Source: an uncultured Alteromonas sp.
Lineage (GTDB): Bacteria > Pseudomonadota > Gammaproteobacteria > Enterobacterales > Alteromonadaceae
Length of the DNA stretch: 64,000 nt
Direction: 5' to 3'
Assembly: GCF_913058315.1 (NCBI RefSeq)
Contig: NZ_CAJXQY010000003.1
Location: 2,339 to 66,338 of the forward strand
The notes under the pieces: model-generated
What the model was told of the DNA's origin: nothing
What the model saw: the letters and a program-made list of their open reading frames with translations, nothing else
Database searches by the model: none
Part shown: positions 51,025 through 59,093 of the stretch, one piece after another
Layout of the letters: each line of letters opens with the position of its first letter
Position numbering within the stretch: position 1 is the first letter of the stretch
Made by a program: the position numbers and the translations under genes

Positions 51025-51056
51025 AGTGTAAACCCTGGAGTTAGCTCCAGAGTCAA
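51025..51056 (-). promoter_or_regulatory. ZntR-type promoter/operator (20-bp spacer with dyad)
   Basis: Minus strand TTGACT-ctggagctaactccagggtt-TACACT with the dyad CTGGAG-N4-CTCCAG, closely like the E. coli zntA promoter. Confidence 0.85.
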
Positions 51057-51076
51057 GCATAGCAAAAAAACCGCAG

Positions 51077-51937
51077 TTACACAGTCGCTGCGATATCCCC
51101 GGTGCAGGTAATAAAGGCGTGAATGGCACTGGAGGGATTGTCCTTGCGCGACACCAGATAGGTCGGCGCACTGGCAATATCCGGTTCAACGGTTGCGACT
51201 TTAAGCCCGTCGGTTTGGTGCAGGGCCAGCAGGGAGCGCGGGACCATACCAATACCCATACCGGCTATAACACAGCCTATCATGGTAAAGTGGCTGGGGA
51301 TTTCTATTACTCGCTCGCAAGTATGCCCATGCTTTTTAAACCAGGTTTCCAGGCGGTGCCGGTAAGAGCAGCCTTTTTGATAGCCTACCATGGTCAGTGA
51401 GGCGGGTAAGTCGTTTAGGTCTGGCCAGTCTGAGGGCATGATAAGGACCAACTCCTCGTCGAAACACCGCACGCTGTTGAGACGGGGATCGTCGGGTGGA
51501 TCCGAAGCCATTGCCACATCCAGTTCGCCATCGATCACCTTGTCAATAAGCGGCATCGATGCCATGGTGAGTAATTCAATCTGAACGGCGTGATAATGCT
51601 GATGAAACGCCGATAGAATAAGCGGCAGTCGTGAGGCAGCACTACTTTCCATAGAGCCGAGGCGGAGTAATCCTGAGGGCTCTCCCTGGGTTAATTCGGC
51701 CAGGGCACTTTTGTGTAAGTGTAGTATCTGGTTGGCGTAATCGAGCAGCCGGAGTCCTGCGGAAGTAACGGTGAGACGGTTATTCGTGCGCAGAAAAAGC
51801 TCAACATTCAGTTCCTGTTCCAGTTTTTTGATACGAGCGGTCACGTTAGAGGGTACACGGTGCAGCGACTCAGCTGCCCGGCTAACACTATTATGCTCAA
51901 TGACTGCTTTAAAAACGGTAAGGTCGGCTATATCCAT
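51077..51937 (-). CDS. LysR-family transcriptional regulator
   Basis: SVSRAAESLHRVPSNVTARIKKLE HTH and LRLGSMES; start MDIADL at 51937. Confidence 0.92.
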   Translation of the reverse strand: MDIADLTVFKAVIEHNSVSRAAESLHRVPSNVTARIKKLEQELNVELFLRTNNRLTVTSAGLRLLDYANQILHLHKSALAELTQGEPSGLLRLGSMESSAASRLPLILSAFHQHYHAVQIELLTMASMPLIDKVIDGELDVAMASDPPDDPRLNSVRCFDEELVLIMPSDWPDLNDLPASLTMVGYQKGCSYRHRLETWFKKHGHTCERVIEIPSHFTMIGCVIAGMGIGMVPRSLLALHQTDGLKVATVEPDIASAPTYLVSRKDNPSSAIHAFITCTGDIAATV

Positions 51938-51964
51938 CTGGGCTTCCGGAATTAAAATGAGGTC

Positions 51965-51993
51965 GGTTTCTTTCATAAATAATGAAAGAAACC
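51965..51993. promoter_or_regulatory. LysR recognition site (perfect 12-5-12 palindrome)
   Basis: GGTTTCTTTCAT-AAATA-ATGAAAGAAACC. Confidence 0.75.
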
Positions 51994-52072
51994 TTCTTTA
52001 TTATTCATTATAAGTGAATGGTTGGATAGCTTATACTTATCGACAATGAAATCAAGAAGGGAATGTAACCTA

Positions 52073-53014
52073 ATGAGTGAGACTAACGGGCAACCGCAAC
52101 CCCACGCAGGCAGTAGCCTGCCCAAAGCGGGGTTGGCCTACGCATTGTGTGCGGTCATGATTTGGACTGGATTCATTTTAGTCTCAAAGGCGGGCGCATT
52201 GGCAGCGCTTGCGATCCCGGACATGATTATGGTGCGTTTTGGCACGGCCTTTGTGTTGTTCTCACCTTTCATCTGGCAGCATCGCAAGGTCATTTGTCAG
52301 TGGCGCATGGCCGTTTTGGGCGGTATTGGCGGATTAGCCTATGCCTTGTCGGTATTTACCGGCTTTGCCAATGCGCCGGCAACCCATGCCGCACTATTAT
52401 TACCGGGCCTGATGCCGATTATGATTGCGGTCTTTGCGTATTTTATTGCCGGTGAACGTCATACTTTGTCTTCCTGGCTTGGTATTGCGGTAAGCAGCCT
52501 GGGCATTGCTGCATTGTTAACTGAAACGTTGCTGGTTGATAACCGGTACTGGTCCGGTGATGTGAGTTTTGTATTTGCGTGCGTGTGCTGGGGAATATTT
52601 ACGGTGTTATTGCGACGTTGGCAGTTTGCGCCATGGCACGCAACGCTGGGGATTATTGCCGTGACGACGCTGTTGTTTACGCCCGTTTATGTGTTGTGGT
52701 TACCACATAATCTCAGCGAAGCTTCCTGGCAAATGCTGGGGTTACAGGCTTTTTATCAGGGCGTAATGGCAACCACTATTCAGATGGTATTGTACGGTCG
52801 GGCGGTTCATCTGATTGGAGCAACGAGAATGGGCGGACTGATGGCGTTAGTGCCGGTTTTTGCCAGTGTTCTGGCTGTGCCCTTGTTTAACGAGCAGTGG
52901 ACGCCAGGGCTAACTATTGCGTTATTGCTAATTCTTGCCGGTACGCTGATCAGTAATTTTCCGGTACGGTTGGTCATTGGGAAGTGGCGCCGAAAGTCAT
53001 CCTGTACGGCGTAA
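52073..53014 (+). CDS. DMT/EamA family exporter
   Basis: About 10 TM segments in two EamA-like repeats; divergent from the LysR gene. Confidence 0.85.
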   Translation: MSETNGQPQPHAGSSLPKAGLAYALCAVMIWTGFILVSKAGALAALAIPDMIMVRFGTAFVLFSPFIWQHRKVICQWRMAVLGGIGGLAYALSVFTGFANAPATHAALLLPGLMPIMIAVFAYFIAGERHTLSSWLGIAVSSLGIAALLTETLLVDNRYWSGDVSFVFACVCWGIFTVLLRRWQFAPWHATLGIIAVTTLLFTPVYVLWLPHNLSEASWQMLGLQAFYQGVMATTIQMVLYGRAVHLIGATRMGGLMALVPVFASVLAVPLFNEQWTPGLTIALLLILAGTLISNFPVRLVIGKWRRKSSCTA

Positions 53015-53028
53015 CCCTACTTACAAAA

Positions 53029-53060
53029 AAGCCGCTGGAGGGTAAACCTGCCAGCGGCTT
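53029..53060 (-). terminator. Intrinsic terminator of the M2 peptidase gene
   Basis: AAGCCGCTGG...CCAGCGGCTT with an A-run on the plus strand (U-tract on the minus strand). Confidence 0.75.
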
Positions 53061-53104
53061 GTTACAGTCAGTGAATATTTGTCAGCCTTTATAAGGCTAA
53101 GGGC

Positions 53105-54937
53105 TTACCAGCCACACTGACGGTCTTTATTTTGCTCATCCAGCCAGGTTTTAAGTGGCTGGAAGTAATTAACAATGGTGCTTGCGTCCATTTTATCCGT
53201 GCCGGTAAGCGTTTGCAGTGCTTCCTGCCAGGGTTTGCTCTGGCCCATCTCCAGCATGGCATTCAGGGCGTCACCCGCCTCTTTACTGCCGTAAATCGAG
53301 CAGCGGTTCAGCGGACCTTCGTCGCCAGCTACATCACATAAGGCTTTGTGGAACTGGAACTGCAGAATGTGAGCAAGGAAATAGCGGGTGTAGGGCACAT
53401 TGGCCGGAACATGGTACTTTGCACCAGGATCGAAAGCGTTTGCATCACGGTCTACCGGGGCCATGACCCCCTGATACTTCTGACGTAAATTCCACCATAG
53501 CTCGTTGTAATCATCGGGTCCGACTTCACCGGCCATGACTTTCCAGCGCCATTGGTCAACCATCAGGCCAAATGGAATAAAAGCAATTTTATCCAGTGCC
53601 GTTTGTAATAACATACCCACATCATTGGAAGGATCCGGAATTTCATCAATCAGACCAATTTCTCTAAGGTATTTCGGGGTAATCGACAGGGCAATGGTAT
53701 CGCCAATGGCTTCGTGAAAACCGTCGTTGGCAGACGTGCGGTATAACAGGGGTTCCTGATTGTAGGCACGCTGGTAATAGTTATGACCGAGTTCATGGTG
53801 AATAACGTTAAATTCTTCGCCGGTGATCTGAATACACATTTTGATGCGCAAGTCGTCTTTATCGTCAACATTCCAGGCCGAAGCGTGGCATTGTACGTCC
53901 CGATCGGCAGGTTTACTGAACTGTGAACGCTCCCAGAATGTTGCTGGCAATTCTTCAAAGCCCAGCGAGGAGAAGAACGACTCAGCTTGCCTGACCATTT
54001 TGATTTCGTCGTAATCCTGATCACGCAGTGCGCCTGTTACATCGGGGACTTCCATGGGCTCGTCCGGTTTGACCAAATCGTAAATGTTGCCCCAGCTTTG
54101 CGCCCACATATTACCCAGTAAATGGGCTGGGATCGGTTTGTCCTGAGGCACGATATCTTCACCGTAATATTCTCCCAGCTCAGCACGAACATGACAGTGC
54201 AGGGCGTCATACAAGGGTTTTACCTGGCCCCATAAGCGGTCCAGCTCTACCGGAAAGTCATCGGCGGGCATATCATATTTACTGCGCCACAGTTCACTGA
54301 CATTCGCAAATCCCAGTTCCGCCGCCCCCTCATTGGCGATAACCACTTGTTCGGCATACAAGTCTTTCATCGGCACAGACACTTCGCGCCAGCCTTGCCA
54401 GTATTCCAGTAGCAAATCGGCATCACGGGAAGTGGCCATTTCAGCACTCATGTCGACCAGACCAATGCAGTCATCTTCAGAGCGACAGTATTTACCTTTA
54501 CCGTACATGCCATCCAGCTCAGAACTGATTTTTGCTAAACGTTCCGACTTCTTTGGGCTCGCCGGCGGTGGCATGGTCAGGGACGTTCGCATCAGATTGA
54601 GCTTTCGACGCAGATCGGCATCAACCTCGACTTCGTTATATTCTGCTGCCTGTTTGGCCAGTTCCGATGCCCGGTTTGAAAAAAGCTCAGAAATATAGGC
54701 ATTTACTGTAGCGGTATCTTCATTGATATTGGTGGCATACAACCAGGCCGCCTTTGCTGCGGGGACCTGCATTTTTTCCATTTCACGCTGGGCAGATTCG
54801 ACAAACATGGCGGCATCTTCAGCGGTGTACATGGGCGTGGTTTCGGTGGTTTCCTGTGCTGGATCACTGGCTGGCTGACAGCCGCCTAATGCGGCAAGCA
54901 GGCCCAGTGAAACTAAAGAAAGTCGGGTCATTTTCAT
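53105..54937 (-). CDS. M2 family metallopeptidase (ACE-like peptidyl-dipeptidase), lipoprotein
   Basis: Lipobox LGG-C; HLLGNMWAQSW, CHASAW, HHELGH, GFHEAIGD and FDPGAKYHVP. Confidence 0.93.
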   Translation of the reverse strand: MKMTRLSLVSLGLLAALGGCQPASDPAQETTETTPMYTAEDAAMFVESAQREMEKMQVPAAKAAWLYATNINEDTATVNAYISELFSNRASELAKQAAEYNEVEVDADLRRKLNLMRTSLTMPPPASPKKSERLAKISSELDGMYGKGKYCRSEDDCIGLVDMSAEMATSRDADLLLEYWQGWREVSVPMKDLYAEQVVIANEGAAELGFANVSELWRSKYDMPADDFPVELDRLWGQVKPLYDALHCHVRAELGEYYGEDIVPQDKPIPAHLLGNMWAQSWGNIYDLVKPDEPMEVPDVTGALRDQDYDEIKMVRQAESFFSSLGFEELPATFWERSQFSKPADRDVQCHASAWNVDDKDDLRIKMCIQITGEEFNVIHHELGHNYYQRAYNQEPLLYRTSANDGFHEAIGDTIALSITPKYLREIGLIDEIPDPSNDVGMLLQTALDKIAFIPFGLMVDQWRWKVMAGEVGPDDYNELWWNLRQKYQGVMAPVDRDANAFDPGAKYHVPANVPYTRYFLAHILQFQFHKALCDVAGDEGPLNRCSIYGSKEAGDALNAMLEMGQSKPWQEALQTLTGTDKMDASTIVNYFQPLKTWLDEQNKDRQCGW

Positions 54938-55216
54938 AATGCTTCTCTCGTTGTTGAGAATTGAAGAGCCTGATGCTATTCATTCCCTTGTTGTTATCTT
55001 GCAATGATTCAGGCAGTTCTATCAGTAACCCCACAGGGGCCACTTATCGCTGCGTTGTTACACTGTAATCACATTCCCAGCTAAAGCCAAGTGGCATGCA
55101 GCAATAAGGGCTGACGTGCTTTCATCAGTGATATTTAGGGCGGGGCATTAATCAGTACGGAAATAAAATGAGAAGGGGTTTAGCTCATAAGTAACACTGC
55201 GATTGTGGTGAAAGCG

Positions 55217-55702
55217 TTATAATCGCTTCAAACAGCACTGCTTATATTTTTTGTTACTGCCACAAAAACAGGGGTCGTTTCGGCCAGTTTTCAGCAAGCC
55301 TGAATCGCTGTGCATAGTACCTGTGGTATAACGCCATTCACCGTCTTCTACAATAAAGTCACTGGTTTCATGCATCAGGTAAGGTTTGTGGTGCAGTGTA
55401 TAGTAGGCTTTAAATTCCACCTGGTCTGTTGTTCTGCCACCCTGATGTGGTTTGGATGGTGGTGTGACTACCGACAAGCTCAACCATTTGGTTCCCTGAG
55501 CGCTGTCTTCGAGCGTTTGTTCATTTAATGCCTTACGCTGACTTTTAGCGTAGGTCTTTAAAATATACGCCCAGTTATTTATGCAGTAAGCACTAAAGCG
55601 TGAGCGCATTAACGCTTCGGCTGTCTCAGCAATAGCTACCCCGGTATGTTTGGGTTCGCAACATTCACTGTACAGCTTCTTACTACAACAATAACACAAC
55701 AC
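55217..55702 (-). CDS. YchJ family protein with a SEC-C motif
   Basis: TAEALMRSRFSAY, VEFKAYY, HETSDF, WRYTTG and GRNDPCFCGSNKKYKQCC. Confidence 0.9.
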   Translation of the reverse strand: MLCYCCSKKLYSECCEPKHTGVAIAETAEALMRSRFSAYCINNWAYILKTYAKSQRKALNEQTLEDSAQGTKWLSLSVVTPPSKPHQGGRTTDQVEFKAYYTLHHKPYLMHETSDFIVEDGEWRYTTGTMHSDSGLLKTGRNDPCFCGSNKKYKQCCLKRL

Positions 55703-55755
55703 CGGCTTATTCCGTTTTCAGGGTAATGCCGATAGTGTAAGGCCTGTCGTTTGGT

Positions 55756-56115
55756 TTACCAAGGACCTTGTAAAATATTACCGGCCACTTTGTCGTTAAC
55801 GGATACCGCTACCAACGACACTGCATATTGTTCACACAGTTGTTTAATGGAAACCCGCTCCTGAGGCGTCAGGATAAGATCTTCCACGTAAATTGAACGG
55901 CACTGACCACTGGTAATGAGCCGGCGGATCCAGGCAGGTACTTTTTCCTGATCAGGTTTCTGTATACGTATGGCGTAGTCGATATCTTTCTGAAACGCCA
56001 CGGAGTTAGACAACAAATATGACCAGCCTTTTTGTGCCGGTACGCGTTTTGCCACGCGCTGAGGAAATTGAAGTATGTTGCTTTCAGTTTCAAATGTAGT
56101 GGTTGCCAATGTCAT
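55756..56115 (-). CDS. SulA-like SOS cell-division-inhibitor homolog
   Basis: 119 aa; WIRRLITSGQCRSI resembles the SulA/RecA-like core; three LexA boxes upstream. Confidence 0.6.
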   Translation of the reverse strand: MTLATTTFETESNILQFPQRVAKRVPAQKGWSYLLSNSVAFQKDIDYAIRIQKPDQEKVPAWIRRLITSGQCRSIYVEDLILTPQERVSIKQLCEQYAVSLVAVSVNDKVAGNILQGPW

Positions 56116-56124
56116 TTTGCTTTC

Positions 56125-56180
56125 CTGTTAATATATACAGTGTATGGATATACAGTAATACTGTATAAAACAACATGCAA
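56125..56180 (-). promoter_or_regulatory. Three LexA (SOS) boxes overlapping a sigma70 promoter
   Basis: CTGTTAATATATACAG (56125-40, perfect), GTGTATGGATATACAG (56140-55) and CTGTATAAAACAACAT (56161-76); minus-strand TTGCAT-17-TACTGT. Confidence 0.85.
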
Positions 56181-56348
56181 GTTTTTTTGCTACTTTTTTA
56201 ATCGATCTGTTTGTGCAGTAAATGCAGGGCAAACAGGAAAACCCAGCTATACACTCTGACTATGTCACCCCCGGTTACATTTTCTTTATTGCGTAAAGGG
56301 CGTCTCAGCGCTTTACTCAGTAGAGTCAAACTAATAGGAGCGGCTTTT

Positions 56349-56534
56349 ATGGCTATGATTAAACGTATTTTGTTACTGGCAGCACTGCTGTTAGGTGCCT
56401 TGCTTTGTTATCAGGCCGGGTTTGCCACCGGCACTTTTATTCTGGTTATCTCAGGAATGCTGCTGGAGTTAGGGTTTTGGTTGGGTATCTATAAGTGGGA
56501 AAAGGCCAGGCCGCTGTCTCAACAGCCTAAGTGA
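56349..56534 (+). CDS. Small two-TM membrane protein, hypothetical
   Basis: AGGAG RBS; 61 aa with two hydrophobic segments. Confidence 0.55.
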   Translation: MAMIKRILLLAALLLGALLCYQAGFATGTFILVISGMLLELGFWLGIYKWEKARPLSQQPK

Positions 56535-57477
56535 TCGGCTTAACGTTTTGAAATGTCTGACGGTATTTCGACGGTGATACCGAAAGATACTTATTAAAAT
56601 TGTGTCTCAGGGTTACGGCACTTTCAAAGCCTGCCCGTTCAGCAATTTGCTCAATGGGTAAATGAGTGGATTCCAGTAACTGGCGGGCAACTTCCAGTTT
56701 ACGTTCGCACAACCACTGATGGGGGGTCATATTAAACTGGCGGATAAAGTGCCGGTCAAAGGTTCGTCGGGTCATATTCGCTTTATTGGCAATTTGCGCC
56801 ACCGTTAAGCCCGGTCCGCTGTGTTTAACCGCCCAGTCGAGCACTTTCGCCAACGCCGAATTGGTCCTGGCCAGAGGTGTTTGGACAAACTGAGACTGCC
56901 CACCGTCTCTGTGAGCCGGTAAAACCAATCTGCGCGCTACCGCATTGGCGTGCTCGTAGCCGTAATCGTCGCGGATCACTGCCACGCCCAAATCAATAGC
57001 GGCGGCACTGCCTGCCGAACAACCTATTTTGCCGTCATACCAGTACAAACTGTCATCCCGGTAGGTAATGTGGGGGAACCGCTGCTTAAATTGGCCTGCA
57101 TAGCGCCAGTGCGTTATGGCTGTACGCTGGTTGAGTAGCCCGAGAGCTGCCAACAAAAATGAGCCGGAGCAAAAACTGATAATCCGGCCGCCCTGTTCGT
57201 AATGACGAAGTACTTCACTGGCCAGCAATGGGTCAATGGTCCCGATATTTACCGGAAAGCTGGGGATCACCAGCAAATCAGTGTCAGGCAGCTTAACGAC
57301 ACGAGGGCACTTAAACACCGTGTTACCGGGGCCCGTAAACGTATTATCACTCAAAGTGACTGTTTGGGTCTGGTACCAGTCTTCAAACTCGGGCCGGGGC
57401 AGGGCGAAGAGTTCGGTAGCGCAGCCGAGTTCAAACAAAGAGAGCGTCTCACACAGCAAAATGGTGACTTTTATCAT
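56527..57477 (-). CDS. GlxA/FtrA-type AraC regulator with a DJ-1/PfpI domain
   Basis: SFCSGSF, TSAG-like CSAGSAAAIDL, HRDGGQSQF and a C-terminal AraC HTH. Confidence 0.9.
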   Translation of the reverse strand: MIKVTILLCETLSLFELGCATELFALPRPEFEDWYQTQTVTLSDNTFTGPGNTVFKCPRVVKLPDTDLLVIPSFPVNIGTIDPLLASEVLRHYEQGGRIISFCSGSFLLAALGLLNQRTAITHWRYAGQFKQRFPHITYRDDSLYWYDGKIGCSAGSAAAIDLGVAVIRDDYGYEHANAVARRLVLPAHRDGGQSQFVQTPLARTNSALAKVLDWAVKHSGPGLTVAQIANKANMTRRTFDRHFIRQFNMTPHQWLCERKLEVARQLLESTHLPIEQIAERAGFESAVTLRHNFNKYLSVSPSKYRQTFQNVKPIT

Positions 57478-57599
57478 ACTATTTTGCGCTATCTGCGCTT
57501 TAGGTTGTCTATATATTATCGATAATAGTCATTTTAGACAGTTGGGGCAACGCGAATCGGCGGTGATAATTAATTTACCGTTATCAAAGGAGCTTTATT

Positions 57600-57998
57600 A
57601 TGCCATCTACTGTTATTCGCCCCAGACCCGCTGCCAGCGCAGAAGCCCTGGCCCATTTTCAAAACTTGCTGAAGTTTGAAACCGATTGTTGGGATGTACA
57701 CTATGCACTGCACAATGACCTCACCGATTTTGTATTGCTCGATGTGCGTGCTGAAGAGGTTGCCCGTCTGGGATACATCGCAGGCGCAACGTTTATGCCT
57801 CATGCCCAGATAAACGAAGACAGATTATCGGCTTATCCTGCAGAAACGGTCTTTGTGGTGTATTGCGCCGGACCGCACTGCAACGCTACCGAAAAAGCCG
57901 CTATCAGACTGGCGCGCTTAGGTCGTCCGGTTAAAAAAATGATTGGCGGGGTTACCGGCTGGCTCGATGAAGGCTTTGAGTTAGCCAGTGATGAATAA
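57600..57998 (+). CDS. Single-domain rhodanese
   Basis: FVLLDVR, VYCAGPHCN and VKKMIGGVTGWLDEG; AAGGAG RBS. Confidence 0.9.
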   Translation: MPSTVIRPRPAASAEALAHFQNLLKFETDCWDVHYALHNDLTDFVLLDVRAEEVARLGYIAGATFMPHAQINEDRLSAYPAETVFVVYCAGPHCNATEKAAIRLARLGRPVKKMIGGVTGWLDEGFELASDE

Positions 57999-58446
57999 AG
58001 TGACTGTCCGCCAGGCTGTTCAAAGCGACCTTGATGCAGTATTGACGTTAATGGAAGCGCTGGCAGAATTTGAAGGTTATCACCACCATTTTAAAGTGGA
58101 TCGTCACAGCCTGGCGCAGCTCATTACGGATAACCGGCATACCGGTGTGCTGGTAGCGGAGAGTCCGTCAGCCGTCACGGGCATTCTGGTGTACTTCTAT
58201 CAGCCGTTTACTTACGACCTCAAACCGTGGCTGGTGATCAAAGAGTTAATTGTGACGCCACATGCCAGAGGTCAAGGCGTGGGTGAAGCGTTATTTAACG
58301 AAGCTAAAGCCCTTTGTAAAGCTGTGGGAGGGAGCAAACTAAAGTGGGAGGTGCTGGCTGCCAACCATCAGGCTAAACGGTTTTATCAGCGCCAGGGGGG
58401 GCGGGTTGAAGATCGCTGGCAGTTAATGACACTCACTCTTAACTAA
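57991..58446 (+). CDS. GNAT N-acetyltransferase (SSAT-like)
   Basis: LAEFE, ELIVTPHARGQGVG acetyl-CoA loop and N..AKRFYQRQG; overlaps the rhodanese stop. Confidence 0.88.
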   Translation: MNKVTVRQAVQSDLDAVLTLMEALAEFEGYHHHFKVDRHSLAQLITDNRHTGVLVAESPSAVTGILVYFYQPFTYDLKPWLVIKELIVTPHARGQGVGEALFNEAKALCKAVGGSKLKWEVLAANHQAKRFYQRQGGRVEDRWQLMTLTLN

Positions 58447-58451
58447 CAGCT

Positions 58452-58490
58452 TCCAGGTGTATACCGAAGCCAACGTTCGCTTACACCTGG
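58452..58490. terminator. Hairpin between convergent genes spanning the orphan gene's stop codon
   Basis: CCAGGTGTA...CGAA-N7-TTCG..TACACCTGG. Confidence 0.45.
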
Positions 58491-58864
58491 CTACTTTCAC
58501 AGTTTAGCGGTTCACCGTTACTGTTTTGAGAAATGACTTTTTTATCACTAACGAGAAATATCACCCGTTTGCTGATTTCAAAGCTTTTGAAGTTGCCACA
58601 CTTACCGGTTAGCACGATGTTATTACTGAGTCTGAAGTAATAGGTATATTCGCCGCTGCCCGACAGTAATGAATAAGACAGCTCTTTGTCCTCACCATCT
58701 TCCAGCGCGCCAAAAGATAATTTGTTGTCGCTCAGACTAATGCTGGCCTGAATAATTTCGCTGTCGGAACTGTTGAGTAAGCTGATGCTTGGCGAGCTGA
58801 TATGGTATGCCCAGTAGAGTATTGCTGCAATAACACAGCCCGTAGTGAGTCTTTTCAGATACAT
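58481..58864 (-). CDS. Hypothetical exported/membrane-anchored small beta-rich protein
   Basis: N-terminal hydrophobic segment, two Cys, alternating beta-strand pattern; visibly more AT-rich than its neighbours. Confidence 0.6.
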   Translation of the reverse strand: MYLKRLTTGCVIAAILYWAYHISSPSISLLNSSDSEIIQASISLSDNKLSFGALEDGEDKELSYSLLSGSGEYTYYFRLSNNIVLTGKCGNFKSFEISKRVIFLVSDKKVISQNSNGEPLNCESSQV

Positions 58865-59093
58865 AACCACCCCCAACAGTGAAAGGACTGGCCTGGAGGG
58901 AGTAAAGAGAATGTGTGGTCTGCCATGTTTTCAATCCGTGAAATCTGGTAAATGGAGTAACGATAAGTCCTTGTTACCTGAATAATATTGCAGTGTTCTG
59001 CTTATAAAGCAAGCAGAGCAGCATGAAGGGGCAACACATCCGGCCTCCTTGCCAGCTGTGTTTTTCATGTTCTTAAGACCTGTGCAGACTGTC

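Noticed and set aside
51019-51252. 78-aa N-terminal extension of ZntR in the ORF track
   Set aside because: It overlaps the LysR 3' end and the ZntR promoter and is not protein-like; the MerR domain starts at 51018.
51938-51976. ORF-track start of the LysR gene at 51976
   Set aside because: That ATG lies inside the operator palindrome; the HTH starts at 51937.
57514-57535. Fur box near the rhodanese promoter
   Set aside because: Only about 11 of 19 positions match the Fur consensus in an AT-rich stretch.
58440-58495. Integron attC site next to the orphan gene
   Set aside because: The ends do not fit RYYYAAC/GTTRRRY, the element is short, and no integrase or cassette array is present.
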